From: Acidimicrobiia bacterium
GTDB taxonomy: Bacteria > Actinomycetota > Acidimicrobiia > Spongiisociales > JAENVV01
DNA length: 64,000 nucleotides
NCBI GenBank assembly: GCA_041635475.1
Contig: JBFKVA010000004.1
Span: 2,640 to 66,639, forward strand
Direction of reading: 5' to 3'
In this document: piece by piece, positions 49,741 to 59,800 of the stretch
Layout of the letters: every line of letters starts with the position of its first letter
How positions within the stretch are numbered: position 1 is the stretch's first letter
The notes under the pieces: model-generated
Database searches by the model: none
What the model was told of the DNA's origin: nothing
The model's input: only the letters and a program-made list of their open reading frames with translations
Made by a program: the position numbers and the translations under genes

Positions 49741-50666
49741 GTCCACTCGTCGAGGTCCGCGACGTGGCCGTCCACTTCGGACCATCCCGGGCCGTGGACG
49801 GCGTCTCGCTCGTCGTGCACCCCGGTGAGGTCCTGGCCCTCGTGGGCGAGTCGGGATCCGGCAAGACGACGCTCATTCGAGCCATCCAGGGACTGCAGGC
49901 CCTCAGCGGCGGCACGATCGACTTCGCCGACGGCTCCGACGACGTCCAGATGATCTTCCAGGATCCCACCGGCGCCCTCAACCCGAGGCAGACGATCTAC
50001 GAGGTCGTGGCCGAGGGACTACGGATCAGGAAGCGACCAGAGGGCGAACTCGAACGGGTTTCGGAAGCGCTCTCCAGCGCCGGTCTCCGCCCGCCCGATA
50101 CGTTCTTCGGCCGGTACCCGCACGAGGTGTCGGGGGGGCAGCGCCAGCGGGTGGTCATCGCCGGCGCCATGGTCATGAACCCGCGGCTCCTCCTGGCAGA
50201 CGAACCAGTGGCGAGCCTCGACGCGTCCATCCGCGGTGAGATCCTCGCTCTCATGCGGAACCTCGTCGACGAGACGGCCCTCTCCATCCTCGTGGTCACC
50301 CATGACCTCGGCCTCGCCTGGAACATCGCCGACCGGGTCGCGGTGATGTACCTCGGACGGGTCGTGGAGACCGGGCCGACCGACGAGATCCTCGACAACC
50401 CCCGCCATCCCTACACGATCGCGCTGCTCTCTGTCGTCCCCGAGACCAAGGAGATGGAGCAGCAGATCCTCACCGGCGAGATCCCCGACTCCACCCGGAT
50501 CCCCAACGGGTGCCGGTTCCATCCCCGGTGCCCGCTGCTCCGGTCAGGGACGCTCCCTGACCCGATCGCGAAGCGGTGCGTCTCGGACGACCCCGGTCCG
50601 CTCCCCCCGGTGGCTGGGTCGGCGGTGGCGTGCTGGGCCTCGGATCAGGCGCTCGCCCCCGAGTAG
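49725..50666 (+). CDS. ABC transporter ATP-binding protein (OppF/DppF type)
   Basis: GESGSGKTT, VSGGQRQR and CRFHPRCP. Confidence 0.9.
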   Translation: MHPRVSPLVEVRDVAVHFGPSRAVDGVSLVVHPGEVLALVGESGSGKTTLIRAIQGLQALSGGTIDFADGSDDVQMIFQDPTGALNPRQTIYEVVAEGLRIRKRPEGELERVSEALSSAGLRPPDTFFGRYPHEVSGGQRQRVVIAGAMVMNPRLLLADEPVASLDASIRGEILALMRNLVDETALSILVVTHDLGLAWNIADRVAVMYLGRVVETGPTDEILDNPRHPYTIALLSVVPETKEMEQQILTGEIPDSTRIPNGCRFHPRCPLLRSGTLPDPIAKRCVSDDPGPLPPVAGSAVACWASDQALAPE

Positions 50667-51442
50667 CTCTTGAGGCCCCACCGCCAGAAGGCGCGGGTCG
50701 AGATGAGCGCCAAGGCGGTGATGGCCAGTGCGAGCGTGAGAACGCCGGGGGTCAACCTGTCGGCGAGCGCCTCGGCCGGGACCGTGATGGCCACCCCCAA
50801 GGGAACGATGATCGTGAGGATCCCCTGCAGCCACAGCGGGTAGATCCGAACCGGCCATCGCCCCGCCTCGTACAGGCCTTGGAGGAGCTGCGCCATGTCA
50901 TCGACGTTGATGAGCTTGAACGCCGACGTGGTGAAGATCATCCAGATGCAATAGACGAGGAGCATCCCGCACACCAGGGTCAGGGTGAACGCCAGCGCAT
51001 CGAGCACACCGACCGACGTGCCCAGCCCCGACACGGCCCAGCCGATGACCACCCCGCCCAACACCACGTCGACGAAGCTCCAGAAGCTGATCCGACGAGT
51101 CGATGCGAACACCTGGGCGTCGACCGGGCGGACAACCGTGAAGTCGAAATCGCCTTCCACGATCTCGAACATGAGGCTGAACATGTTGGGGATGATGAAC
51201 GTCTGCATGATCCCTCCCAGCAGGATCTGGACGCCCAGCACGGCCAGCAGTTCGGGCTGTGTCCACCCCGACAGGTCCCCGGTGTGTCCGAACACGAGCT
51301 CGATGGCCACGAGCCCGGTGGCCAGGCGCACAACGGACTGGATCACCTGAAGGACGAAGTTGAGCCGGTACTGCATCTCGTACATGGCGCCGATCTTCCA
51401 GTGGAGCAATGCCACCCGGACGCTGTGGCCGATCACGCTCAC
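50645..51442 (-). CDS. ABC-2 family transporter permease (DUF990-like)
   Basis: YEMQYRLNFVLQVIQ start region and 6 TM helices. GTG start overlaps the upstream stop (GTGA). Confidence 0.7.
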   Translation of the reverse strand: MSVIGHSVRVALLHWKIGAMYEMQYRLNFVLQVIQSVVRLATGLVAIELVFGHTGDLSGWTQPELLAVLGVQILLGGIMQTFIIPNMFSLMFEIVEGDFDFTVVRPVDAQVFASTRRISFWSFVDVVLGGVVIGWAVSGLGTSVGVLDALAFTLTLVCGMLLVYCIWMIFTTSAFKLINVDDMAQLLQGLYEAGRWPVRIYPLWLQGILTIIVPLGVAITVPAEALADRLTPGVLTLALAITALALISTRAFWRWGLKSYSGASA

Positions 51443-52239
51443 GAGCCCACCGCCGTGAATCGCTTGACGGCCGTCTTCCAAATGAGGCCGATGAGGGCGA
51501 CCGTGCCGATCCCCCACCCGAACTGGGTGAGCAATCCGACGAACACCTCCGTCGTGTCCAGGCGCCCGATGAGAACCTCGATCGGGAACTGGAACGTCCA
51601 CTTGAACGGGAGCCACGCCGAGATGGCGGCCACCCACTCGGGCATGACCGCCATCGGTACGAGTCGGCCCGACAGCAGCACCTCAAGGGCGATCACGACC
51701 TCGATGAGGGCTTGGGCCTTCGTGGTCCAGAAGCTGATGAGTCCCATGAGCCACAGCACGTTGAACCGGATCCAGTAGCCGAGCCAGATCGCCAGGAAGA
51801 ACACCACACCTTCGGTGATGCTCGGCGACAGCTCTGGACGGAAGATGACCCCGAGGAACAGGGCCATCGGGACCCACATGACCATCCAGATCACCTTGCC
51901 GCCCGCGAAGTTCGCCAGCTGCCGGTGATAGAGGCCGACCGGATGCAGCAACTCGTTGGCGATCCGCCCGTTCTGGATCCACCAGTCCCACGCCCCCGGG
52001 GCGAGGGCCAGGTTCATGACACGGACAAGCGTCCACACGATGTAGTAGGAGGTGAACTCGGCGACGCCGTACCCGCCGATCGGCCCGCTCTGCGCGGCCA
52101 CCGTTCGCCACACGACGAGGTAGACGACCGGCTCGATCATGAACCCGGCCAGGTTGAAGAAGGCCGGGATCCGGTACTGGGCTTGCTGCTGGATGGCCAC
52201 CCGGGCCTCGCCCAGGTAGGTGTCGACGTACCGTCTCAT
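51439..52239 (-). CDS. ABC-2 family transporter permease (DUF990-like)
   Basis: 266 aa. QQQAQYRIPAFFNLAGF and 6 TM helices. Confidence 0.7.
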   Translation of the reverse strand: MRRYVDTYLGEARVAIQQQAQYRIPAFFNLAGFMIEPVVYLVVWRTVAAQSGPIGGYGVAEFTSYYIVWTLVRVMNLALAPGAWDWWIQNGRIANELLHPVGLYHRQLANFAGGKVIWMVMWVPMALFLGVIFRPELSPSITEGVVFFLAIWLGYWIRFNVLWLMGLISFWTTKAQALIEVVIALEVLLSGRLVPMAVMPEWVAAISAWLPFKWTFQFPIEVLIGRLDTTEVFVGLLTQFGWGIGTVALIGLIWKTAVKRFTAVGS

Positions 52240-53237
52240 GCGTCCTCGGCCAGCTCCAGGTCACCCATGGCGAACGCACCCTCGATGACGTCCTCGATGG
52301 GAGGGTCCTCGATGGACAGGTCGAGGACCGAGAATCGACGCAGGACCTCGGAGGCCACCGCCGCGATCCGGTCCCGATCGACCCGGAGCACGACCTTCGA
52401 CGGCTCGGCCGACACCACCGTCCCCAGGGAGGTCAGGTCCGGCAGGTTCTCCTCCGCGGTGACGCTGATCGTCTTGTGGGTGGCGAATCGATGAGCGAGC
52501 CCGCGCAGGTCGCCGTCGAAGAGGATCCCACCGTGGTGGATGACGATGACCCGCTCGCACAGAGCCGTCACGTCGGCCATGTAGTGGCTCGTGAGCAGGG
52601 CGGTGGCGCCGGTCTCGGTCGTGTACTCGGCGACGAAGCGGCGGATCCGCTTCTGCATCGAGATGTCGAGGCCCAGGGTCGGCTCGTCGAGGAAGAGCAC
52701 CTCGGGGTTGGGGAGGAGGGCGGCGAGGATCTCCATCTTCATCCGCTCCCCCAACGACAGGTTGCGCACCGGCTTCGTGAGCAGCTCCCCCACCTCGAGC
52801 AGTTCGACGTACTCGTCCTTGCGCTGCTTGAAGTCGGCGTGAGGCACCTGGTAGATGGCCCGCCGCAGGTCGAGGGAGTCTGCCACCGGGAGATCCCACT
52901 GGAGGCTGTTGCGGTTGCCCATGACGAGGGCCACCCGGGCCAGGAAGTCCGCCTCTCGGTCATGGGGCTGGTAGCCGAGCACCCGGGCGCCGCCTCCATC
53001 GGGGTAGAGCAGACCCGACAGCATCTTGAGGGTCGTGGTCTTGCCGGCCCCGTTGGGACCCAGGAACCCGACGACGCTGCCCGGCTCGAGTTCGAACGAG
53101 ACCTCCTTGACCGCCTCGACGATCCGGTGCTCACGCCTGAACAAGGACTTGATCGAGTTGAGGAGACCGGGCTCGCGCACGGGCACCTTGAACGTCTTGG
53201 ACAGCGACGAGACTTCGACGGACGGCATCGGGCCCAT
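52236..53237 (-). CDS. ABC transporter ATP-binding protein
   Basis: GPNGAGKTT, LSLGERMK signature and LFLDEPTLGLD. The start (53237 or 53228) is uncertain. Confidence 0.85.
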   Translation of the reverse strand: MGPMPSVEVSSLSKTFKVPVREPGLLNSIKSLFRREHRIVEAVKEVSFELEPGSVVGFLGPNGAGKTTTLKMLSGLLYPDGGGARVLGYQPHDREADFLARVALVMGNRNSLQWDLPVADSLDLRRAIYQVPHADFKQRKDEYVELLEVGELLTKPVRNLSLGERMKMEILAALLPNPEVLFLDEPTLGLDISMQKRIRRFVAEYTTETGATALLTSHYMADVTALCERVIVIHHGGILFDGDLRGLAHRFATHKTISVTAEENLPDLTSLGTVVSAEPSKVVLRVDRDRIAAVASEVLRRFSVLDLSIEDPPIEDVIEGAFAMGDLELAEDA

Positions 53238-53268
53238 CTTGGCACGAGGACGCCGGGCTGGTGGGAGG

Positions 53269-54684
53269 TTATCGGGACCGGCCAGGGCGACGATCCGCCC
53301 ATGGGCGGGCCTGTTCGAGTTGGCCCGCCAGCCGGAAAAGGACGTCCTCTCGCCCAATGGCCGAGGCGAACTGGACGCCGATCGGGAGGCCGGCGGCAGA
53401 CCAGTGGAGCGGAACGGACATCGCCGGCATTCCGGTGGCGTTCATCACCTGCCCGAACGCCAGGGTGCGGAAGAGAAGGGCACTCGCCTCGTCATCGGTG
53501 CGGTCCATCGAGATCGCACCGATGAGGGGCGGCGGGGTCGCCATCATGGGGGTCATGACGACGTCGAACCCCTCCATCGCCGAAGCCATCAACCGCCCGA
53601 TCGCATGGATGTCGTCCACCGCCCGCACGAACTCGGTCGCAGTCACGTTTCGCCCCATCTCGGCGAGGGCCCACGTCATCGGCTCGACCTCGTCCGGGTG
53701 AACCTGCGACCCGCGCAGCCACCCCACGTCCTCGAGGAGCCGGAGCGTGTGGACGGCGATGACGGGTCGGAGCCGGCCCAACCTCCCACCGAGGTCGATG
53801 GTGGCCCCCTCGACGACGTGGCCCAGGTCGTTGCACAGCACGGCCGCTCCCTGCACCGCCGCCAGGCAGGTCGGATCGACCTCGACGTCCAGGAAGGGGG
53901 CGGTCACCAAGGCGATCCTCAGCTGCCCGGGATCCCGCCCGACCTCTGCGAGGAACGGCCGTTCGGGAGGGGCGATCGAGTACGGGTCGCCGGGCGCCGG
54001 GCCCGACACGACGTCGAGCATGGCCGCCGAATCGCGAACCGTCCGGCTCACACAGCCGGCAATCGCCATCCCGCTCCATCCCTCGCCCACGTCGGGGCCC
54101 GCCGGGACCCGGGCCCGCGAGGGCTTGAGTCCGAAGATCCCGCAGTTCGAGGCCGGTACCCGGATCGAACCACCCCCGTCGCTGGCGTGGGCGACCGGGA
54201 CGGCACCCACCGCCACCATTGCCGCCGCCCCTCCCGACGAGCCGCCGGCGGAGTACTCGGGGTCCCACGGATTGCGGGTGGGGCCGTGCCGAGCCGACTC
54301 GGTGGTGGTGGTCAGGCCGAACTCCGGGCTGGCCGTCCGCCCGAAGACGACGAGCCCAGCGGCCTTGAAGCGGGAGACGATCTCGGCGTCGTACGTCGGC
54401 GCCACGGGCGGGTACAGCCGTGTGCCGTCGGTCGACGGCAGGCCCTTCATGGGCGAGTACAGGTCCTTCAGCAGGAACGGCACCCCGCCGAACGGGCCCC
54501 GGGGGGCACGTGCGGCCGCCGCCCGGGCCCGGTCCACGTCCCACACGGTGACAGCGTTGAGGACGTCGTTCCATTCCTCGGCCACCCCGATGGCGGTTTC
54601 CAGCAGCTCGGAGGCCGACACCTCACCGTCCCGGACGAGGGCTGCCAGCCCGACACCGTCATGGGACAGGTACGCCTCACGCAT
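53269..54684 (-). CDS. amidase (amidase-signature family)
   Basis: GGSSGGAAAMVA and GGSIRVPAS signature. FLLKDL. Confidence 0.9.
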   Translation of the reverse strand: MREAYLSHDGVGLAALVRDGEVSASELLETAIGVAEEWNDVLNAVTVWDVDRARAAAARAPRGPFGGVPFLLKDLYSPMKGLPSTDGTRLYPPVAPTYDAEIVSRFKAAGLVVFGRTASPEFGLTTTTESARHGPTRNPWDPEYSAGGSSGGAAAMVAVGAVPVAHASDGGGSIRVPASNCGIFGLKPSRARVPAGPDVGEGWSGMAIAGCVSRTVRDSAAMLDVVSGPAPGDPYSIAPPERPFLAEVGRDPGQLRIALVTAPFLDVEVDPTCLAAVQGAAVLCNDLGHVVEGATIDLGGRLGRLRPVIAVHTLRLLEDVGWLRGSQVHPDEVEPMTWALAEMGRNVTATEFVRAVDDIHAIGRLMASAMEGFDVVMTPMMATPPPLIGAISMDRTDDEASALLFRTLAFGQVMNATGMPAMSVPLHWSAAGLPIGVQFASAIGREDVLFRLAGQLEQARPWADRRPGRSR

Positions 54685-54774
54685 GCGGCAACCCTATCGG
54701 GGAGGGAGGAGGCGAGGTCCGTCGGTCGGCCCGCGCCTCGAGTCCGAAGAGGGCATGGAGGTACGATTCCGGCC

Positions 54775-55314
54775 GTGACCGAGGGCCCATCCATCGTCGT
54801 TGTGTCCGGTCTGCCAGCGAGTGGCAAGACGACGGTAGCTCGCCAGATCGCACCCCTCCTTGGGCTGCCAGTCGTCGACAAGGACGACCTGCTTGAAGCT
54901 TCCTTCCCTCTGGGTGGCGAGGTATCGCCTGCCGATCGAGCCCGCTTGAGCCGACAGGCGGACCAGGTCCTCCGTCGGCGCGTAGAAGGAGCGCCCAGAG
55001 CGGTGGTGGCATCACATTGGAGAAGGTCCGAACTCTCGAACACTTCGGGAACTCCCACAGGGTGGTTGAACGGGTTTCCAGCGCTGGTCGAGGTCTACTG
55101 CATGTGCGATCCTGAGACCGCGGCGGAGCGATTCCTCAGCCGTGACCGGCACCCTGCCCATGGCGATCACCGGAAGTCCCCGATTGGAATCCTCAAGCAG
55201 TTCCGTGCACTTCATCGGCTGGGGCCATTGGGTTTCGCACCCGTCGTCACGGTCGATACCGAGGTCCCCATCGACTCCGCGAAGCTGGTGCTCCGGATCC
55301 AACAGACTGCCTGA
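54775..55314 (+). CDS. P-loop ATPase/kinase-like protein
   Basis: GTG start with GGAGG 13 nt upstream. IVVVSGLPASGKTT Walker A. Confidence 0.6.
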   Translation: MTEGPSIVVVSGLPASGKTTVARQIAPLLGLPVVDKDDLLEASFPLGGEVSPADRARLSRQADQVLRRRVEGAPRAVVASHWRRSELSNTSGTPTGWLNGFPALVEVYCMCDPETAAERFLSRDRHPAHGDHRKSPIGILKQFRALHRLGPLGFAPVVTVDTEVPIDSAKLVLRIQQTA

Positions 55315-55384
55315 TGTGAACCCAGGGCCCGTGCGGGCGGCTCGAGTCTGACGGTGTCGTTGCTCACCTCCCAGCCCGGCTACC

Positions 55385-56323
55385 TTGCTTGAGATGCCCG
55401 ATTCAGCGCCCGACACCCTCCCCCCCGGCCCTCGCCTGCTCATGGCCGGCGACGAGGACCTGGCCACCGCCTTGCGTCGGATGGCCCTCGAGCAGGCCGA
55501 GGTCGTCATCAGGGGGTTCGAGGTCAACGGGGACGACGTGCTCCTCGACCACGCCGTCCACCAGGCCCGCAAGGCCGGCAAGCGACTGCGTGCCCTGCTC
55601 CGGCTCTGTCGATTCGAACTCGGCGCCCATCGGTACCGGTGGGCCAACGCGGTCGTTCGCGACCAATGCCGGCTGCTCTCCGGAGCGCGCACCTCTGCCG
55701 TGCTGTTGCGGACCCTGGACGAACTGATCGTCGACTACTCGATCGAAGACGAAGGGCGGCTCCGCGACGTCCTCGCTCGTCACCATGCCGACTCGCTGGC
55801 CCAGCTGAGACTCGACTCGTTCGGCAGCGACGAAGCGAAGAGGGCACTCACCGACGTCGTGGATGGTATCCGCACATTGCCGGTGCCGGCCGAGTACCGC
55901 TCGGGCGACATCACCGCCTTGGAGCGAGGCATTCGGCGGGCCTACCGCAATGGGAAGCGGACCATGAGAGCGGCACGCCGGCTCGACACGGCCGACGCGT
56001 TCCACGAGTGGCGAAAGAAGGCCAACTACCTCCGGTTCCAACTGGAGGCACTGAGCGGCGTGTGCGCACCGCCCATTGCCGCCCTCGCCGAAGCTCTCGA
56101 GGAACTCGTGGAAGTGCTCGGATCGGATCACGACCTCGCCGACCTTCTCGATGTCGCCGGGGCGCCGAATGTGGGAGCCACCGAGTTGCCCGCTCTCATC
56201 GAGGAGAGGTCGAGGCCCCTGCGGGGAGACGCCCTGCGCCTCGGGTCACGGGTCTTCGACACGACGAACGACGGTTTCGTCCGCTTCTTCGCCGAACAGG
56301 CCCAGCCCGCACCGGCCCGGTGA
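55385..56323 (+). CDS. CHAD domain-containing protein
   Basis: Helical protein with conserved-His segments VHQARKAGKRLRALLRL and FHEWRKKANYLRFQLEAL. An ATG at 55394 is an alternative start. Confidence 0.75.
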   Translation: MLEMPDSAPDTLPPGPRLLMAGDEDLATALRRMALEQAEVVIRGFEVNGDDVLLDHAVHQARKAGKRLRALLRLCRFELGAHRYRWANAVVRDQCRLLSGARTSAVLLRTLDELIVDYSIEDEGRLRDVLARHHADSLAQLRLDSFGSDEAKRALTDVVDGIRTLPVPAEYRSGDITALERGIRRAYRNGKRTMRAARRLDTADAFHEWRKKANYLRFQLEALSGVCAPPIAALAEALEELVEVLGSDHDLADLLDVAGAPNVGATELPALIEERSRPLRGDALRLGSRVFDTTNDGFVRFFAEQAQPAPAR

Positions 56324-56364
56324 AGCCTGGGTGGCCGACTCCTGGTCGCCGACCACTGGACCCT

Positions 56365-56856
56365 TCAGGCGCCGAAGCCTCCGAATCGGCGATCGAGGTA
56401 GAGCAGGGGCTCGATCGGATCATCCGAGAGGTGGACGTGCTCGATCCGACCGACCACGATGTCATGGCTCGACCTCGGAAAGCGCGCTTCGAGAACGCAC
56501 TCGAAGCCCACGAGTGCATCCTCCAGCAGGGGTACGCCCAGCGTCCCAGCCGACCACTCCCCGACCGCGAAGCGGTCCTCACCCTCCAAGCCGGTCATCC
56601 CGGCGAAGGCCTTCGCAACCTCCTCCTGGGCGCGGGCGAGGACGTTCACCGAGAACGCCCGGTTCTCGATGAGCGAGGGCAGGCTCCCGCTGTCCCGGCT
56701 CACGCAGGCCAGCAGCGTCGGCGGTTCGGCGGTCAGGGAGGTGACCGCCGAGGCGGTCAGCCCGGCACGCGCCCCTTCGACCCCGGTGGCCACGATCGTG
56801 ACCGCCGCCGCCAGTCGCTGCATCGCGCTGCGAAAGTGGTCGAGGTCGATGGCCAT
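56365..56856 (-). CDS. flavin reductase family protein
   Basis: MAIDLDHFRSAM and GLTASAVTSLTAEPPTLLACV. Confidence 0.8.
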   Translation of the reverse strand: MAIDLDHFRSAMQRLAAAVTIVATGVEGARAGLTASAVTSLTAEPPTLLACVSRDSGSLPSLIENRAFSVNVLARAQEEVAKAFAGMTGLEGEDRFAVGEWSAGTLGVPLLEDALVGFECVLEARFPRSSHDIVVGRIEHVHLSDDPIEPLLYLDRRFGGFGA

Positions 56857-56892
56857 GGGACTGACGCTAGTTGGACCATCCGCCGGGGGGGC

Positions 56893-59800
56893 ATGGCCGG
56901 GGCCAGGCCGGGGCGGCGTAGCCTTGTGGACGTGCACATCGACGACCTCCTCACCGCCACCCGGGAGACGGAGATCGAAGCCCTCCCGGCCCTCGCCGTC
57001 GACCTGGCAGCCCTCCTTCTGGCCGAGTCACTCGAGCACCGCACCCACGACGACCGGCAGAACGCCGAACGGATGGCCGCGATGATGCGGGACCCGGACG
57101 GCAAACGCCTCACGGTGTCGCTGTTCGACCAGGTGTTCCGGGCCCATGCCCCGGCTCGGATCGCCGACCAACTCGATCACCTCATCGGTCGCTCCGGCGT
57201 TCCCCACTACTTCGCCGGCTGGGAACGCGTCGCCATGGGGATCGGAGCCGTCGCCGGGCGGTTCCTGCCCGGCGTCGTCGTCCCGGCGATCATTTCGCGG
57301 GTCCGGGCAGAGACGTCGGGGATGATCCTCCCGTCGGAGGAGAACCAGCTCGCCGATCACCTCGATCGACGTCGCCGCGACGGCGTGCGCATGAACATCA
57401 ACTACCTCGGGGAGGCGATCCTCGGGGAGGAGGAGGCCGCCACCAGGCTCGGCAAGTACCTCGACCTGCTGGCGCGCCCCGACATCGAGTACATCTCGGT
57501 GAAGATCTCCTCGATCTTCTCCCAGATAGACCATGTCGCGGCCGAGGCCACCCTGGAGACGCTCAAGGACCGCTTGCGGGTCCTCTATCGCACCGCCGAG
57601 GCGTTCACGTTCACCGCTGACGACGGCACCGTCCGCAAGAAGTTCGTGAACCTCGACATGGAGGCCTACGGCGACCTCCACCTCACCTTCGACGCCTTCA
57701 CCCAGACCCTCGACCTCGAGGAGTTCCGGGACTTCACGGCCGGGATCGTGCTCCAGGCCTACCTCCCGGACTCGTTCCCCCTCCAGCAGGAGTTGACCGA
57801 TTGGGCCGTCGGCCGAGTGGCGTCCGGGGGGGCGCCGATCAAGCTGCGGATCGTGAAGGGTGCCAATCTCGCCACCGAACTCGCCGACGCCTCCTGGCAC
57901 GGCTGGCCCCAGGCGCCGTACGCCACCAAGGGCGAGGTCGACAGCAACTTCACGCGGATGGTCCGCTATGCCAGCCGGCCCGACCACGCCGTGGCCGTCC
58001 GTGTCGGCATCGGTTCCCACAATCTCTTCGACGTGGCCCATGCGCTCCTGCTGCGGGCTCACCACGGCACCGATGAGCACGTGGAGATCGAGATGCTGGA
58101 GGGCATGGTCAACCACCAGGCGAGGGCGGTCCAGGACGTAGCCGGGTCCATGCTCCTGTACGCGCCGATCGTCGAGGAGAAGGACTTCCGATCGGCGATC
58201 GCCTACCTCATCCGTCGCCTCGACGAGAACACCGAGGAGGAGAACTTCCTCCACGATCTGTTCGGGATGGTCCCCGGGGACCCTGCCTTCGTGCGCCAGG
58301 CGGACCGATTCCTGGCGGCCACGGCCCTCGAGGCGCCCACCGGGCCTCGACGGAGCCAGGATCGACGCTCCGAGTCCTTTGGGTTCGACCCGTCGGCCCC
58401 GTTCGCCAACGTGGCCGACACCGACTTCTCGCTGCCCGCCAACCAGGCATGGGTGCGCTCGATCGCCGAGGACTGGCAGCACCGCGTGGTCCCCGACATC
58501 CGCCCGGTGGTCGACGGCGAGGCGGTCACCTCGGATCGGTGGAGGGACGGCCACGATCCCTCCCGCCCCGGGGACGTCGCCTACCGCTGGCTGCGGACGA
58601 GCGGTGACCAGATGCTCGCAGCCATCTCCGGGGCCGTCGAGGCATCCGTCGGGTGGGCCGCGACCCCGCCCGCCCACCGCCGTCGCGTCCTCGAGCGATG
58701 CGCCGAGGAGCTCGCCCGCCGGCGGACCGAGTTCGTCGGGGCGATGATGCTCGACGCCGGCAAGTCGGCAGTCGAGGCCGACGTCGAGGTGAGCGAGGCC
58801 GTCGATTTCGCCCGCTACTACGGGCGACACCTCAATGAGCCGACGGACGGTGCGTCGGCGACCCCACTCGGGGTCGTGGCCGTGATCCCCCCGTGGAACT
58901 TCCCACTGGCGATCCCGGCCGGGGGCGTCCTGGCGGCCCTGGCGGCAGGCAACGCCGTCCTGTTCAAGCCGGCGTCCGAGACGGTGCTCATCGGGTCGAT
59001 GATCGCCGAGGCGCTATGGGCGGCCGGCGTCCCCCACTCGGTCCTCCAGTTCGTCCCGGCGTCCTCCGACGCTGCCTCGCACCTCGTCGACGATCCCCGC
59101 GTGGGTGGCGTCATCCTCACCGGGGCCTGGGAAACCGGCCGGATGTTCCTGGATCGACGCCCCGACCTCAGGCTGTCGGCGGAGACATCCGGCAAGAACG
59201 CCCTCATCGTCTCGGCCATGTCCGACCGGGACCAGGCCATCAAGGACCTCGTCAAGTCTGCCTTTGGGCACAACGGCCAAAAGTGCTCGGCGGCCAGCCT
59301 CGGCATCCTCGAGGCCGAGGTCTACGACGACCAGGTGTTCCTCCGGCAACTGGCGGATGCCGTCAGGTCGCTCCATGTCGGGGCGCCCTGGGACCTCGAG
59401 TCCAAGGTCACGCCGGTCATCCACGCCCCCGGACCCGATCTACTGCGGGGACTCACCGCCCTGGACGATGGGGAGAGCTGGCTCGTCGAGCCGAGGCACC
59501 TCGGCGGGAACCTGTGGGCCCCGGGTGTCCGCCTGGGCGTGCAACCCGACTCGTTCTTCCACCGCATCGAGTGCTTCGGCCCGGTCCTCGGCCTCATGCG
59601 GGCGCCCGACATGGACACCGCCATTGCCTGGGTGAACTCCTCCGAGTACTCACTCACCGGCGGCCTCCACTCACTCGACGAACGCGAGATCGACCGCTGG
59701 GCCGACGACGTCGAGGTGGGCAACGGGTACGTCAACCGTCACATCACCGGCGCCATCGTCCGTCGCCAGCCGTTCGGGGGGTGGAAGAAGTCGAGCTTCG

